From contig CAISZI010000005.1 of the NCBI GenBank assembly GCA_903889905.1, positions 9,376-73,375 on the forward strand: DNA of 64,000 nt, given 5' to 3'. Positions 37,945 to 48,310 of the stretch are shown piece after piece. The notes under the pieces were generated by a model that searched no databases, was not told the DNA's origin, and saw only the letters and a list, made by a program, of their open reading frames with translations. Made by a program: the position numbers and the translations under genes. The number at the start of each line of letters is the position of its first letter. Position 1 is the first letter of the stretch. Source of the stretch: Candidatus Wirthbacteria bacterium. Lineage in GTDB: Bacteria; Patescibacteriota; CG2-30-54-11.

Positions 37945-38064
37945 TTGCATTCGTCAGTACCGTTGTGTTATTCTGGTACAGCTTGAATTAAACCGGGTGG
38001 TTTTAAAAGCGTTATACGCCTTGCAAGAAATCCCTATTAGGGACGTGAGGATTTTTCTTTTTTT
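37945..38064 (+). promoter_or_regulatory. Internal promoter and terminator-like leader upstream of rplC
   Basis: TTGCAT..TG-t-TATTCT, then AGAAATCC..GGATTTTTCT hairpin and T-run. Confidence 0.5.
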
Positions 38065-38079
38065 GTTTGATAAAGAGAC

Positions 38080-38709
38080 ATGAAAACAGCACTTGCAAAA
38101 AAAATTGGAATGACCTCGTTATTTAATGAAAATGGCGCCGTGGATGGTGTAACAGCCCTCCAGATTGATCATTGTGTGGTCAGCCAGATCCGCACCGTTG
38201 ACAATGACGGATACGCCACGGTTCAGCTTGGTTCCGGTCAGAAATTGCATCCCAATCGTCCTTCTACCGGGCATGCCAAAAAAGCGGGCATCGAAAATGC
38301 TCCTCTGGCTTTGCGCGAAGTTCGAATCAGCGCTGCTGATGAGTTTACGCTGGGTCAGGTGATCAATGCCGATATGTTCCAGGTTGGCGATGAAGTCGAT
38401 GTAAGAGGTGTGACCCAGGGTAAGGGGTTTGCCGGTACGATTAAGCGCCACAATTTTGGTCGCGGACCTGAAAGTCATGGTCATGATCATCACCGCGCAC
38501 CGGGTTCCATTGGTGCGTCTGCTCGTCCTGGGCATGTCACCAAAGGCAAACGCATGTCCGGTAGAATGGGTAACGACAATGTGACCATTCAGAATGTTGA
38601 AATTTTGAGAATTGATACGGAAAATAATATCATCTTTGTGCGCGGATCAGTGCCCGGCAAAAAAAATGGCCTGGTTCAGATTCGTCAAGCCATTAAGGGA
38701 AAAGCATAA
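38080..38709 (+). CDS. rplC: 50S ribosomal protein uL3
   Basis: KKIGMT, GKGFAGTIKRHNF, HRAPGSIG. Confidence 0.98.
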   Translation: MKTALAKKIGMTSLFNENGAVDGVTALQIDHCVVSQIRTVDNDGYATVQLGSGQKLHPNRPSTGHAKKAGIENAPLALREVRISAADEFTLGQVINADMFQVGDEVDVRGVTQGKGFAGTIKRHNFGRGPESHGHDHHRAPGSIGASARPGHVTKGKRMSGRMGNDNVTIQNVEILRIDTENNIIFVRGSVPGKKNGLVQIRQAIKGKA

Positions 38710-38710
38710 C

Positions 38711-39472
38711 ATGTTAGAAGCTGGACTATACAATATTTCTGGTGAAAAAGTTGGCATTGAAAAACTTCCGCCACATTTATTTGGTGAAGAAGTAAATCAC
38801 GAACTGCTTGCCCAGTATGTTTATGTTTACCAGTTCAATCAACGTGAATTTCATGCCAACACCAAAGTCCGTGGCGATGTTCGTGGTGGTGGCAAGAAAC
38901 CCTGGGCACAAAAACACACCGGTCGTGCGCGTCAGGGGAGCAGCCGCTCACCACAGTGGAAAGGTGGGGCAATTGTCTTTGGCCCCCGCGCAGTGGAAAG
39001 AATGCCCAAAAAGTTAACTAAGAAGATGCGACAAGCCGCCATGGTTTCGGCATTGTCATTTCGTGCCGGCAAGACTGAGATTTTTGTTTTAGATAATTGT
39101 GAAATGCCCAAGCCCAGCACCAAGCAAGTGGTTGCTGCTTTGGATCAATTTGTCAAACTTTCTTCTCTGTTTATCATCAGCCACGATGGCGGTAACTTTG
39201 TTAAATCAGTACGTAATGTTTCCGGCTGGGAAGTAAAGCCTGTTAGTGCTTTTAGTGTCTTCGAAGTTTTGAAGCACGATGGCCTTTTGCTTACCAAACA
39301 GGCTTTGGATCAGCTCGTAGCTATGTATCCGGCCCCCAAAAAGGCTCGTTCGAGCCAGCAAACTGAAGCCACTGAAGCCGTGGTAGAAAATGCCGACATA
39401 ACTGTTGATGAAGCGATAGTCAAACCTAAAACTCGCCGCCGGATCTCATCCGCTGCAGCGACCCAGGCCTAA
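38711..39472 (+). CDS. rplD: 50S ribosomal protein uL4 with C-terminal extension
   Basis: GGGKKPWAQKHTGRARQGS; ATG at 38711 right after the rplC stop. Confidence 0.96.
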   Translation: MLEAGLYNISGEKVGIEKLPPHLFGEEVNHELLAQYVYVYQFNQREFHANTKVRGDVRGGGKKPWAQKHTGRARQGSSRSPQWKGGAIVFGPRAVERMPKKLTKKMRQAAMVSALSFRAGKTEIFVLDNCEMPKPSTKQVVAALDQFVKLSSLFIISHDGGNFVKSVRNVSGWEVKPVSAFSVFEVLKHDGLLLTKQALDQLVAMYPAPKKARSSQQTEATEAVVENADITVDEAIVKPKTRRRISSAAATQA

Positions 39473-39486
39473 GGAGTACCAGAAAC

Positions 39487-39771
39487 ATGTTACACAATTC
39501 CCAAATCATTATCAGACCTTTGATTACCGAAAAAAGTATGGGTATGACCAGTATGGGACGTTATGTGTTTGAAGTTCAGAAAACCGCGAACAAGTATCAG
39601 ATCAAAAAAGCCATGAAAGAAGTTCTCAACGTTGACACCATCAAGATCAATATCGTCAATGTATTGGGCAAGAAACGTCGCTATGGCAAAACCACAGGGA
39701 CAACATCGAATTACAAGAAAGCGATTGTCACTATCAAGTCTGGTCAAAAAATCGAATTATTTGAAAGCTAA
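39487..39771 (+). CDS. rplW: 50S ribosomal protein uL23
   Basis: RPLITEKS, ANKYQIK, KKAIVT. Confidence 0.97.
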   Translation: MLHNSQIIIRPLITEKSMGMTSMGRYVFEVQKTANKYQIKKAMKEVLNVDTIKINIVNVLGKKRRYGKTTGTTSNYKKAIVTIKSGQKIELFES

Positions 39772-39777
39772 GGTCAA

Positions 39778-40611
39778 ATGCCAGTTATCACTTTAAAACC
39801 TGTTATCCCAACGTATCGTCATTACAAAAAAATCGATTATCGTAATGCGTTAAGTCAGGGCAATGATCCTCTCAAATCGCTGGTGGTTGGCAAGAAATCC
39901 ACCGGTGGCCGCAATAACATGGGACGTATTACCATGCGTCACCGCGGCGGTGGTCACAAACAAGCCTATCGCATTATTGATTTTCGCCGTGACAAAATCG
40001 GTATCGTCGGCATTGTTCAATCCATTGAATATGATCCAAATCGTACCTGTTTTATCAGTTTGATCAATTATGCCGATGGCGAAAAACGCTATATCCTGTC
40101 ACCCAAGGGGCTTAAGGTTGGGGACAAGGTCATCAGCGACAAGAAAGCTGATATTCAGGTTGGTAATAGTTTGCCTCTTCGTTTTGTTCCCATGGGTACT
40201 GTAATTCACAATATTGAATTGGTTCCGGGCGAAGGTGGTCAGCTGGTGCGCAGTGCTGGGGCCAGTGCTCAGCTCGTGGGTAAAGAGGGCAAGTATGCTC
40301 AGATTCGTGTGCCTTCTGGTGAGTTGCGCCGCGTTTTGGTTGATTGCTCCGCCACCATTGGTCAGGTTTCGAATGAAGATCATATTAATGTCAGTTTGGG
40401 TAAAGCCGGTCGCAAGCGTAACATGGGCCGTCGCCCTGTTGTCCGTGGCAAGGTAATGAGCCCCAAAGACCATCCCCATGGTGGTGGTGAAGGCCGCAAC
40501 TCAATTGGTATGCCATCACCCAAGACCAAATGGGGCAAAAAGGCTCGCGGTATCAAAACCCGTAATAATACTCGTACCGATCACATGATTATCCGTCGTC
40601 GCAGCAAATAA
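39778..40611 (+). CDS. rplB: 50S ribosomal protein uL2
   Basis: [26 protein letters not shown]. Confidence 0.99.
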   Translation: MPVITLKPVIPTYRHYKKIDYRNALSQGNDPLKSLVVGKKSTGGRNNMGRITMRHRGGGHKQAYRIIDFRRDKIGIVGIVQSIEYDPNRTCFISLINYADGEKRYILSPKGLKVGDKVISDKKADIQVGNSLPLRFVPMGTVIHNIELVPGEGGQLVRSAGASAQLVGKEGKYAQIRVPSGELRRVLVDCSATIGQVSNEDHINVSLGKAGRKRNMGRRPVVRGKVMSPKDHPHGGGEGRNSIGMPSPKTKWGKKARGIKTRNNTRTDHMIIRRRSK

Positions 40612-40633
40612 TTATTCATCAATAAAATTCACT

Positions 40634-40969
40634 ATGTCACGTTCACTGAAAAAAGGTCCTTATATTGATCCCCGTGTCACCAAAAAAGTTGACGCGCTTA
40701 ATGCTGCCAACAAAAAAGAAGTCATCAAGACTTGGTCGCGTGCCTGCGTGATCGCACCGATTATGGTTGGCCATACGTTTGGGGTTCATAATGGCAAAAC
40801 TCATGTTGCTGTTTACATCTCCGAGAACATGGTAGGACATCGTTTGGGAGAATTCTCCCCGACACGCCGATTCCAGGGACATGGTGGCAAAAAAGCCGCT
40901 GCTGAGAAAAAAGCAGTTGCCGTAGCATCTGCAGGTCAGGAAGCCAAAATTATGCAACAGGATAAGTAG
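40634..40969 (+). CDS. rpsS: 30S ribosomal protein uS19
   Basis: [25 protein letters not shown]. Confidence 0.98.
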   Translation: MSRSLKKGPYIDPRVTKKVDALNAANKKEVIKTWSRACVIAPIMVGHTFGVHNGKTHVAVYISENMVGHRLGEFSPTRRFQGHGGKKAAAEKKAVAVASAGQEAKIMQQDK

Positions 40970-40971
40970 AC

Positions 40972-41310
40972 ATGAAAGAAACGAAAGCAACATTAAGCAA
41001 TTTGACGATTGGTCCGCACAAGGTAAAACTTGTCGCTGATTTGATTCGCGGCATGAAAGCTCAGGAAGCTGTAAACGTGCTCAATAATACCCAAAAAGGT
41101 GCTTCCAAGCCGTTGCGTAAATTGGTTGAATCAGCCATGGCCAATGCCGTCAATGTCAACAATGAAAAAGTTGAAGATCTGCTCATCACCCGTGTGGATT
41201 TGGGTCCTTCCACAACGATGAAACGTATCTGGCCTCGTTCGCGCGGTCAAGCTGATCGTATTTCAAAACGTACATCCAATCTGACAGTTATTTTGGTTGG
41301 GAAAAATTAA
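40972..41310 (+). CDS. rplV: 50S ribosomal protein uL22
   Basis: KVKLVADLIRG, SAMANA, PRSRG. Confidence 0.96.
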   Translation: MKETKATLSNLTIGPHKVKLVADLIRGMKAQEAVNVLNNTQKGASKPLRKLVESAMANAVNVNNEKVEDLLITRVDLGPSTTMKRIWPRSRGQADRISKRTSNLTVILVGKN

Positions 41311-41326
41311 TAAGGTTTAGAAGCGT

Positions 41327-41980
41327 ATGGGACAAAAAGTTAATCCAGTAGCATTTCGACTTGGTTTCAACAAAACGTGGAGCTCTCGTTGGTTTTCGGA
41401 GAAGTCCTACCAGCGCTATTTGCTCGAAGATATCCGATTGCGTGCATTGCTGATCAAGAAATTGAAGCTGGCTGGTGTGGATAAGGTTGAAATCGAGCGC
41501 TCAGCCAACATGGTTCATTTCATCATCACTGTTGCCCGTCCTGGAATTGTAATTGGTAAAGGCGGTACTGTGATTGAGGAACTGAACAAAGAATTGCAGC
41601 TTAAAACTGGTTCAAAGGTACGTGTAGATATCAAAGAAGTCAAAAATCCCGACTTGAGTGCTCAGGTTGTAGCAGATTCTATCGCGCGCCAGATTGAACG
41701 TCGTATCAACTATCGTCGTGCCATGAAACAATCAATCGATAAAACTATGCAGGCGGGTGGATTGGGAATCAAAATCAAAGTTGCCGGCCGTCTTAATGGT
41801 GCTGAAATTGCACGCAAGGAATGGTCCAAGCAAGGTGCAATCCCGTTGCATACACTACGTTCCGATATTGATTATGCTACGGATACAGCGGCGACGACTT
41901 ATGGTGCTATTGGTGTCAAAGTTTGGATTTACAAGGGTCAGAAAACCCGCATCGAAGATAGTCAAGAAGAAGGAAAGTAA
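41327..41980 (+). CDS. rpsC: 30S ribosomal protein uS3
   Basis: [33 protein letters not shown]. Confidence 0.98.
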   Translation: MGQKVNPVAFRLGFNKTWSSRWFSEKSYQRYLLEDIRLRALLIKKLKLAGVDKVEIERSANMVHFIITVARPGIVIGKGGTVIEELNKELQLKTGSKVRVDIKEVKNPDLSAQVVADSIARQIERRINYRRAMKQSIDKTMQAGGLGIKIKVAGRLNGAEIARKEWSKQGAIPLHTLRSDIDYATDTAATTYGAIGVKVWIYKGQKTRIEDSQEEGK

Positions 41981-41982
41981 CC

Positions 41983-42387
41983 ATGTTAATGCCCAAAAGA
42001 GTCAAACATCGTAAAGAGCAACGTCGTCGTGTCCGTGGTATCAATAGCAAAGGAACCAATATCTCATTTGGTAGTTTTGGTTTGCAATCGCTTGAAAGTG
42101 CCTGGATTACAGCTCGCCAGATTGAAGCCGCACGTCGTACGATCTCACGTTATACCAAACGTGGTGGCAAAACCTGGATCCGCATTTTTCCATTCAAACC
42201 AGTGACTCGCAAACCTCCTGAAACCCGTATGGGTTCCGGTAAAGGTGCACCTGAGTTTTGGGTAGCACCGATCCGTCGTGGTACAGTTATGTTTGAGATT
42301 GATGGTGTTACGCGTGAAGTAGCAGAACGTGCCATGACACTGGCTGCAGCGAAAATGCCCGTTAAAACAAGATTTTTAGAGGCTTAA
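41983..42387 (+). CDS. rplP: 50S ribosomal protein uL16
   Basis: [25 protein letters not shown]. Confidence 0.98.
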   Translation: MLMPKRVKHRKEQRRRVRGINSKGTNISFGSFGLQSLESAWITARQIEAARRTISRYTKRGGKTWIRIFPFKPVTRKPPETRMGSGKGAPEFWVAPIRRGTVMFEIDGVTREVAERAMTLAAAKMPVKTRFLEA

Positions 42388-42388
42388 A

Positions 42389-42598
42389 ATGGCAACCAAA
42401 GTTATTACAATCAAAGACTTACGTGACAAAACTGATAAAGAACTGCAAACCACAGTTCAGGATTTAAGGGTTGGCTTAGCCAAAATCCGTTTTCAGGTAA
42501 CGATCAACAAACAGAAGGATTTTAGTCAAGTCACCAAAACGCGTAAGCAGATTGCCCGTATTGAAACCATTTTAAATGAGCGCACTCGCAGCGCCTAA
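42389..42598 (+). CDS. rpmC: 50S ribosomal protein uL29
   Basis: RKQIARIETILNER; position in S10 operon. Confidence 0.93.
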   Translation: MATKVITIKDLRDKTDKELQTTVQDLRVGLAKIRFQVTINKQKDFSQVTKTRKQIARIETILNERTRSA

Positions 42599-42624
42599 AT
42601 TTCTGCCAACTTAAAGGTTATTTT

Positions 42625-42888
42625 ATGTCTACGCTTCAACCCAGTAAAAAAATCATCAAACAAGGTCTTGTTCTGCACAATGACCTGGAAAAAACCATTG
42701 CTGTCAAAGTAGAGAATTCCTTTTCTCATCCGAAGTATCATAAAACCGTCAGCCGTTCCAAAAAATACCTGGTACATGATGAATTTAGTAAAGCCAAAAC
42801 TGGGGACCTCGTAGAGATTGAGCAGTGTCGCCCCTATTCGAAACGCAAGCATTGGGCTTTGAAAACCATCCTAGTACGTGGCAAGTAA
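42625..42888 (+). CDS. rpsQ: 30S ribosomal protein uS17
   Basis: KTIAV, HPKYHK, HDE, RPYSKRK. Confidence 0.95.
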   Translation: MSTLQPSKKIIKQGLVLHNDLEKTIAVKVENSFSHPKYHKTVSRSKKYLVHDEFSKAKTGDLVEIEQCRPYSKRKHWALKTILVRGK

Positions 42889-42919
42889 TTACATTTAGTT
42901 GTTTTAGGTAATAGATCCC

Positions 42920-43288
42920 ATGATTCAACAAGAAACAGTCCTCGTCGTTGCGGATAACTCCGGAGCCAAAAAAATTGGTTGCATCCGGGTGTTGGGTGGC
43001 AGCAAACGCACCTATGCCAGACCTGGTGATGTGATCATTGCTTCTGTCAAGCAAGCAGTGCCCCGTGCAACTGTTAAAAAGAAACAAGTTGTACGTGCCG
43101 TTGTGGTGAGAACGGTCAAAGAGTTTAAACGTGCTGATGGTTCATCGATTCGTTTTGATGACAATGCTGCAGTATTGATCCAAAAAGATGGTATGCCGGT
43201 TGGAACGCGTGTTTTTGGCCCGGTTGCCCGCGAACTCCGTGAAAAAGATTTTATGAAAATCGTGTCTTTAGCACCAGAGGTTTTGTAA
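42920..43288 (+). CDS. rplN: 50S ribosomal protein uL14
   Basis: [25 protein letters not shown]. Confidence 0.99.
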   Translation: MIQQETVLVVADNSGAKKIGCIRVLGGSKRTYARPGDVIIASVKQAVPRATVKKKQVVRAVVVRTVKEFKRADGSSIRFDDNAAVLIQKDGMPVGTRVFGPVARELREKDFMKIVSLAPEVL

Positions 43289-43608
43289 TGTCCAATCTCA
43301 AACTCAAAAAAGGCGACACTGTTCAAATTCTTGCTGGCAAAGACCGCAATAAGCGTGCCAAAATTATGCGTGTTGTCACCCAGAATGAAACCGTTGTTGT
43401 CGAAGGCTTAAACATGGTCAGCAAACATCAGAAGCCAAAGAGTGCCCAAAAGCCTGGTGAAATTCTAAAAAAAGAGATGCCACTTAAGACCAGCAAAGTT
43501 GCTTTGGTCTGTAGTTCCTGTCAAAAGGCAATCCGGGTTGGTTTCAAATTCGATGACAAAGGCAACAAATATCGTGTTTGTCCCAAATGCCAAGAGCAGC
43601 TTAATTAA
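43288..43608 (+). CDS. rplX: 50S ribosomal protein uL24
   Basis: KKGDTVQILAGKD, VEGLN. Confidence 0.96.
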   Translation: MSNLKLKKGDTVQILAGKDRNKRAKIMRVVTQNETVVVEGLNMVSKHQKPKSAQKPGEILKKEMPLKTSKVALVCSSCQKAIRVGFKFDDKGNKYRVCPKCQEQLN

Positions 43609-43631
43609 ATTTTTTAGGTCATACTGTCGCC

Positions 43632-44177
43632 ATGAACATTGTCTTGCAACAAAAATATAATCAAGTGATCATCCCTGCCATGCTCAAAGAAGGCAATTAC
43701 GGCAATCGTTTTGCCGTTCCGAAATTGCTCAAACTTGTCGTCAGTATTGGCATGGGTGAGGCTGTATTGAATCCCAAAATGATGGATAACGCGATTGAAG
43801 AAATTAAGAAAATCACTGGTCAAATGCCATCTGTGACCAAAGCCAAGAAATCCATAGCCTCCTTCAAGCTGCGCGAAGGGATGAAGATTGGTCTTAAGAT
43901 AACACTGCGCGGAGCGCGCATGTATGCATTTTTGGAACGCTTGATCACCGTGGCTTTGCCCCGAGTGCGTGACTTTAGAGGGGTTCCATCAGAAGCTTTT
44001 GATGGCAATGGGAATTATAATCTCGGCGTGCGTGAACAGATCGTTTTCCCTGAGATCAGTTATGAATCTATTGATCATGTCCGTGGTCTGCAGATTACTT
44101 TTGTTACCTCTGCTCGTACCAATGATGAAGCCAAGTCGTTGCTGCAGCACTTGGGACTTCCATTTTCCCATAATTAG
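43632..44177 (+). CDS. rplE: 50S ribosomal protein uL5
   Basis: [30 protein letters not shown]. Confidence 0.98.
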   Translation: MNIVLQQKYNQVIIPAMLKEGNYGNRFAVPKLLKLVVSIGMGEAVLNPKMMDNAIEEIKKITGQMPSVTKAKKSIASFKLREGMKIGLKITLRGARMYAFLERLITVALPRVRDFRGVPSEAFDGNGNYNLGVREQIVFPEISYESIDHVRGLQITFVTSARTNDEAKSLLQHLGLPFSHN

Positions 44178-44194
44178 CATTAAAGGATAGCATC

Positions 44195-44380
44195 ATGGCC
44201 AAGGCCTCGATGGTTGCAAAAGCAAACCGTAAACCGAAATTCGCTGTTAGAAAATATCATCGTTGTCAACTCTGTGGCCGTCCACGCGGGTATATTCGCA
44301 AATTTGGCCTCTGCCGTATCTGTTTTCGTGAAAAGGCCAACAAAGGCGAAATCCCAGGTATTGTTAAGTCCAGCTGGTAA
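44195..44380 (+). CDS. rpsN: 30S ribosomal protein uS14 (Zn type)
   Basis: [28 protein letters not shown]. Confidence 0.97.
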   Translation: MAKASMVAKANRKPKFAVRKYHRCQLCGRPRGYIRKFGLCRICFREKANKGEIPGIVKSSW

Positions 44381-44404
44381 TTATCATTTAATCGCAAAAC
44401 ACTT

Positions 44405-44800
44405 ATGGCTCACACCGATCCAATCGCAGATTTTTTAAATCGCCTCAAGAACGCTTCCCAAAGACGCATTGAAGTAGTTCAGCTACCTAGTTCCAAAATC
44501 AAGCTAGAAATAGCTCGTATTTTGAAAGCAAATGGTTACATTGCTGATTACGAGTATGCTGAAAAAGATCAGAAAACGTTACTCACGGTCACATTACAGT
44601 ATTTTGATCGTCTTCCGGCGATTCGTGATTTCAAGCGCATTTCAACACCCGGACAGCGCCTTTACAGCAATGTTGAAAGTCTCCAAAAAGGTAGCCGTCG
44701 CAATCAAACTGTTATTGTTTCAACCTCCAAAGGGTTAATGACCACCAAAGATGCCAAAGCCCAAAAGTTGGGTGGCGAACTTATTTGTCAACTCTGGTAA
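44405..44800 (+). CDS. rpsH: 30S ribosomal protein uS8
   Basis: [33 protein letters not shown]. Confidence 0.97.
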   Translation: MAHTDPIADFLNRLKNASQRRIEVVQLPSSKIKLEIARILKANGYIADYEYAEKDQKTLLTVTLQYFDRLPAIRDFKRISTPGQRLYSNVESLQKGSRRNQTVIVSTSKGLMTTKDAKAQKLGGELICQLW

Positions 44801-44828
44801 TTATCTTCCTTTAAGAAAGTAAGTCATC

Positions 44829-45365
44829 ATGTCAAGAATTGGTAAAAAACCGATTGCAATCCCATCCGGAGTGACCGTCACTTCAGACAATAACATTGTT
44901 ACTGTAAAAGGTAAGCTGGGAGAGCTCAAACAGGCACTTACACCAGACATTTCGATTGTTATCGTGGACAATGTACTGACTGTTGAAACGGTTTCAACTG
45001 AGCGCTTCGCTGGCGCCATGCATGGACTTACGCGCGCGTTGCTTGCCAATATGGTTGAAGGCGTTAGCAAAGGTTTTTCCAAAACCCTGGATATGGTTGG
45101 TGTCGGTTATCGTGCGAATGTCAAAGGCAATAAATTAAACGTCAGTGCGGGTTTTTCTCATCCCGTTGAAGTGGTTGCTCCCGAAGGTGTTACTTTTGTC
45201 GTCAACAATGATACGGAAATTGTGATTTCAGGCTATAATAAGCAGGTTGTTGGTGAAGTAGCTGCCAATATTCGTAAAATTCGCAAGCCTGAGCCTTACA
45301 AAGGTAAAGGTATCAAATACCACGACGAAGTCATCCGTCGCAAGCAGGGTAAAACAGCCAAGTAA
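44829..45365 (+). CDS. rplF: 50S ribosomal protein uL6
   Basis: MSRIGKKPI, GVGYRA, PEPYKGKGI. Confidence 0.98.
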   Translation: MSRIGKKPIAIPSGVTVTSDNNIVTVKGKLGELKQALTPDISIVIVDNVLTVETVSTERFAGAMHGLTRALLANMVEGVSKGFSKTLDMVGVGYRANVKGNKLNVSAGFSHPVEVVAPEGVTFVVNNDTEIVISGYNKQVVGEVAANIRKIRKPEPYKGKGIKYHDEVIRRKQGKTAK

Positions 45366-45396
45366 TAATTAGTTCATTTCAAAAAGAAGTTGCCAA

Positions 45397-45798
45397 ATGT
45401 ATACGAACGTCAACAAAGCATTACAAAGAGAGCGGCGCCGCGCCAAAATCCGCGCCAAAATCCGTGGCACATCAGAGGTTCCCCGGCTTGCGGTTTTTCG
45501 AAGCAACCGTTACATTTATGCGCAGCTTTTAGATGATACCAATAATCAAACGCTGGTTTCTATCTGTGACAAAGTGGTTGAAGCTGACATCCAGGCGCTT
45601 ATTCTTGGTGCAGAGGAATTGCAAGGTGAATTACAGACTCCCAAGGTTACCAGCGCCTACAAATTAGGTAAACTTCTCGCCGCAAAAGCCAAAGCAAGTA
45701 AAATCTCAAAAGTGGTTTTTGATCGTGCTGGATATAAGTATCATGGTCGTGTTAAAGCCTTAGCTGACGGCGCTCGCGCCGGTGGCTTGATATTTTAA
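45397..45798 (+). CDS. rplR: 50S ribosomal protein uL18
   Basis: PRLAVFRSN, VVFDRAGYKYHGRVKALA. Confidence 0.97.
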   Translation: MYTNVNKALQRERRRAKIRAKIRGTSEVPRLAVFRSNRYIYAQLLDDTNNQTLVSICDKVVEADIQALILGAEELQGELQTPKVTSAYKLGKLLAAKAKASKISKVVFDRAGYKYHGRVKALADGARAGGLIF

Positions 45799-45806
45799 CG
45801 AGGTTA

Positions 45807-46328
45807 ATGATGAATAAGGGTCCAATGAATTCGCCCAAATCGAGGAACGAAGGCGCCAAAGATTTCGAGGAAAAAGTAGTTGAAATCAAACGTGTATCCA
45901 AAACAGTCAAAGGTGGCCGTAAAATGAGTTTTACCGCCTTGGTTGTAATTGGTAACAAGCAGGGGAAAGTTGGCATCGCACTGGGTAAAGCAAACGAAGT
46001 CAAGGAAGCAGTCCGCAAAGGCGTCGAAAAGGCTCGCAAAACTGCGATCACGATTCAGCTCAAAGGCAACACCATCAGCAATGAAATTGATTGTAAGTTC
46101 AAAGCTGCCAAGATTTTTCTCAAGCCTGCTTCCGAAGGTACCGGACTTATTGCCGGTGGGGCAGTGCGCGTCGTTTTGGATTTGGTAGGAGTCAAGGATA
46201 TTTTGACCAAACAGCGTGGCTCAAATTGCGCCATGAACAACGCCTATGCCACATACAATGCATTGCGTAGCCTGAATGAACAAACCAAGGTGATGGAATT
46301 GCGTCGATCGGTCAGCAAACAAGTTTAA
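45807..46328 (+). CDS. rpsE: 30S ribosomal protein uS5
   Basis: [24 protein letters not shown]. Confidence 0.97.
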   Translation: MMNKGPMNSPKSRNEGAKDFEEKVVEIKRVSKTVKGGRKMSFTALVVIGNKQGKVGIALGKANEVKEAVRKGVEKARKTAITIQLKGNTISNEIDCKFKAAKIFLKPASEGTGLIAGGAVRVVLDLVGVKDILTKQRGSNCAMNNAYATYNALRSLNEQTKVMELRRSVSKQV

Positions 46329-46347
46329 ATTCTAAACAGTACATCCA

Positions 46348-46542
46348 ATGGCAGCCAAAGAAATTGGTAAAGTCAAAGTCACTTTAGTCAGAAGTATGGT
46401 GTCGCATCCTGAAGATCAACGCGTTACGCTGCGTGCATTAGGGTTGCGAAAAATCCGCCAGTCGGTCATCAAAGATAATACGCCGTCAATCGCCGGTATG
46501 ATTTTTAAAGTTAAACATTTAGTCGAGGTGGAAGAAGTTTAA
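46348..46542 (+). CDS. rpmD: 50S ribosomal protein uL30
   Basis: VTLVRS, TLRALGLRKIRQ, GMIFKVKHLV; between rpsE and rplO. Confidence 0.95.
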   Translation: MAAKEIGKVKVTLVRSMVSHPEDQRVTLRALGLRKIRQSVIKDNTPSIAGMIFKVKHLVEVEEV

Positions 46543-46985
46543 TGTTAAATCAGCTTCCCAAAGCAACTCAACATAAGAAAAAACGTGTAGGTCGTGGTAC
46601 TCCAACCGGCAAAGGTAAAACGGCCGGTCGTGGTGTCAAAGGACAACATTCACGCAATGGCAAAAAGAATTATTTCGGCTTTGAAGGTGGCCAGACTCGT
46701 TTGGCCAAAAGAACGCCTCGCCTCAAAGGCATGGGACGTCGCCAGGTCAAAACCGTTTATCAGGTTGTCAACCTCAGCCAATTGTCACACATTGAAGTGA
46801 ATATTGTGGACAAGACTGTTTTGCGGGCAGCCGGTCTGATCGCCAATGCAGATCAGCTGGTTAAACTGCTCGGTAATGGCGAAATCAAAGCAGCGCTGAC
46901 GATTACCGTTGATGCTGCCAGCGTTTCCGCCATCAGCAAAATTGAGAAAAGTGGCGGGAAAGTTGTTCTATTAGCCTCGAATTAA
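46542..46985 (+). CDS. rplO: 50S ribosomal protein uL15
   Basis: RVGRG, GKTAGRG, GFEGGQT. Confidence 0.97.
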   Translation: MLNQLPKATQHKKKRVGRGTPTGKGKTAGRGVKGQHSRNGKKNYFGFEGGQTRLAKRTPRLKGMGRRQVKTVYQVVNLSQLSHIEVNIVDKTVLRAAGLIANADQLVKLLGNGEIKAALTITVDAASVSAISKIEKSGGKVVLLASN

Positions 46986-47015
46986 TTACCCATAATACTA
47001 TTGGGTGGAAAATAA

Positions 47016-48308
47016 ATGAATTTTCTAAACATTTTCTCGCGCGTCTGGAAAGCCAAAGATTTAAGAAAAAAGCTTTTCCTGACGCTTTTTTTGCTCGTGG
47101 TTTTTCGTATTATTGCGCATATCCCGGTGCCTGGCGTTGACAAAACCAGCTTGAAGTCATTCTTTTCGACCAACCAATTCTTTGGTCTTCTGGATATTTT
47201 TTCAGGAGGCAGTCTTTCCCGTTTTACGCTGGCCTCCATGGGTGTAAACCCCTATATCAATGCTTCTATCATCATCCAGTTACTTTCGATGATTATTCCT
47301 CAACTCGAACAGGTGTCCAAAGATGGGGAACGAGGACGCCAGAAAATCAATCAATATACCCGTTATTTAACCATTCCGTTGGCAGCAATTCAGGCTTTTG
47401 GTTTGGTCATGCTTTTTAAATCACCCAGTATTGGCATTTTCCCAAACTTGACCGCCTGGGGCATGGTGCAAATCATTGTTGCTCTCACAGGTGGTGCCAT
47501 TCTACTGATGTGGATTGGTGAGCTGATTACCGAAAGTGGGATCGGGAATGGTATATCGCTCATCATTTTTTCAGGTATTGTCACACAAATTCCAAGTGGT
47601 CTGAGCGCGGTATGGATCAACGTTTCATCTGGATCTGATTTTATCCCGCTGCTGATTTTTGCTGCAGTCAGCATTGTTTCGATTATGCTGGTTGTCATTG
47701 TCAACGAAGGCACGCGCAGAATCCCTGTCACGTATGCCAAACGCATTCGCGGCAATCGTATGTATGGTGGGGCGAATACGCATATTCCGTTGAAAGTAAA
47801 TACGGCCGGTGTTATTCCGATCATTTTTGCGCTTTCGATCATGTCTTTTCCGACATTAATTGCCAACTTTCTGACGTCTGCCAAATCAACGGTGCTGCAG
47901 AATATCGCGCATTTTTTCGTCAAAGTATTTGATCCACAAAGTGTCGTTTATTATGGCATTTACTTTGTGCTGGTGATTGGATTTACGTATTTTTATACCC
48001 TGGTAGCATTCAATCCCAATGATGTGGCAGACAACCTCAAAAAGCAGGGTGGGTTTATTCCGGGTATTCGTCCTGGCGACGCCACCGTTAGTTACCTGAC
48101 ACGGATACTCAATCGAATCACACTTGCCGGTGCATTTTTCCTGGGTCTGATTGCTGTTCTGCCGTTCTTTATTCAGCAGTTTACGAATATCAAAATGATC
48201 ATTGGCGGTACTAGTTTGCTCATTGTTGTCAGTGTTATTCTCGAAACCATGCGTCAAATGGAAGCTCAGCTCATTATGCGCGATTATGAGCAATTTATTG
48301 AAAGGTAG
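47016..48308 (+). CDS. secY: Preprotein translocase SecY
   Basis: MGVNPYINASII, GIGNGISLII, AGVIPIIFA, FIPGIRPG, GGTSLLIVV. Confidence 0.99.
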   Translation: MNFLNIFSRVWKAKDLRKKLFLTLFLLVVFRIIAHIPVPGVDKTSLKSFFSTNQFFGLLDIFSGGSLSRFTLASMGVNPYINASIIIQLLSMIIPQLEQVSKDGERGRQKINQYTRYLTIPLAAIQAFGLVMLFKSPSIGIFPNLTAWGMVQIIVALTGGAILLMWIGELITESGIGNGISLIIFSGIVTQIPSGLSAVWINVSSGSDFIPLLIFAAVSIVSIMLVVIVNEGTRRIPVTYAKRIRGNRMYGGANTHIPLKVNTAGVIPIIFALSIMSFPTLIANFLTSAKSTVLQNIAHFFVKVFDPQSVVYYGIYFVLVIGFTYFYTLVAFNPNDVADNLKKQGGFIPGIRPGDATVSYLTRILNRITLAGAFFLGLIAVLPFFIQQFTNIKMIIGGTSLLIVVSVILETMRQMEAQLIMRDYEQFIER

Positions 48309-48310
48309 TA

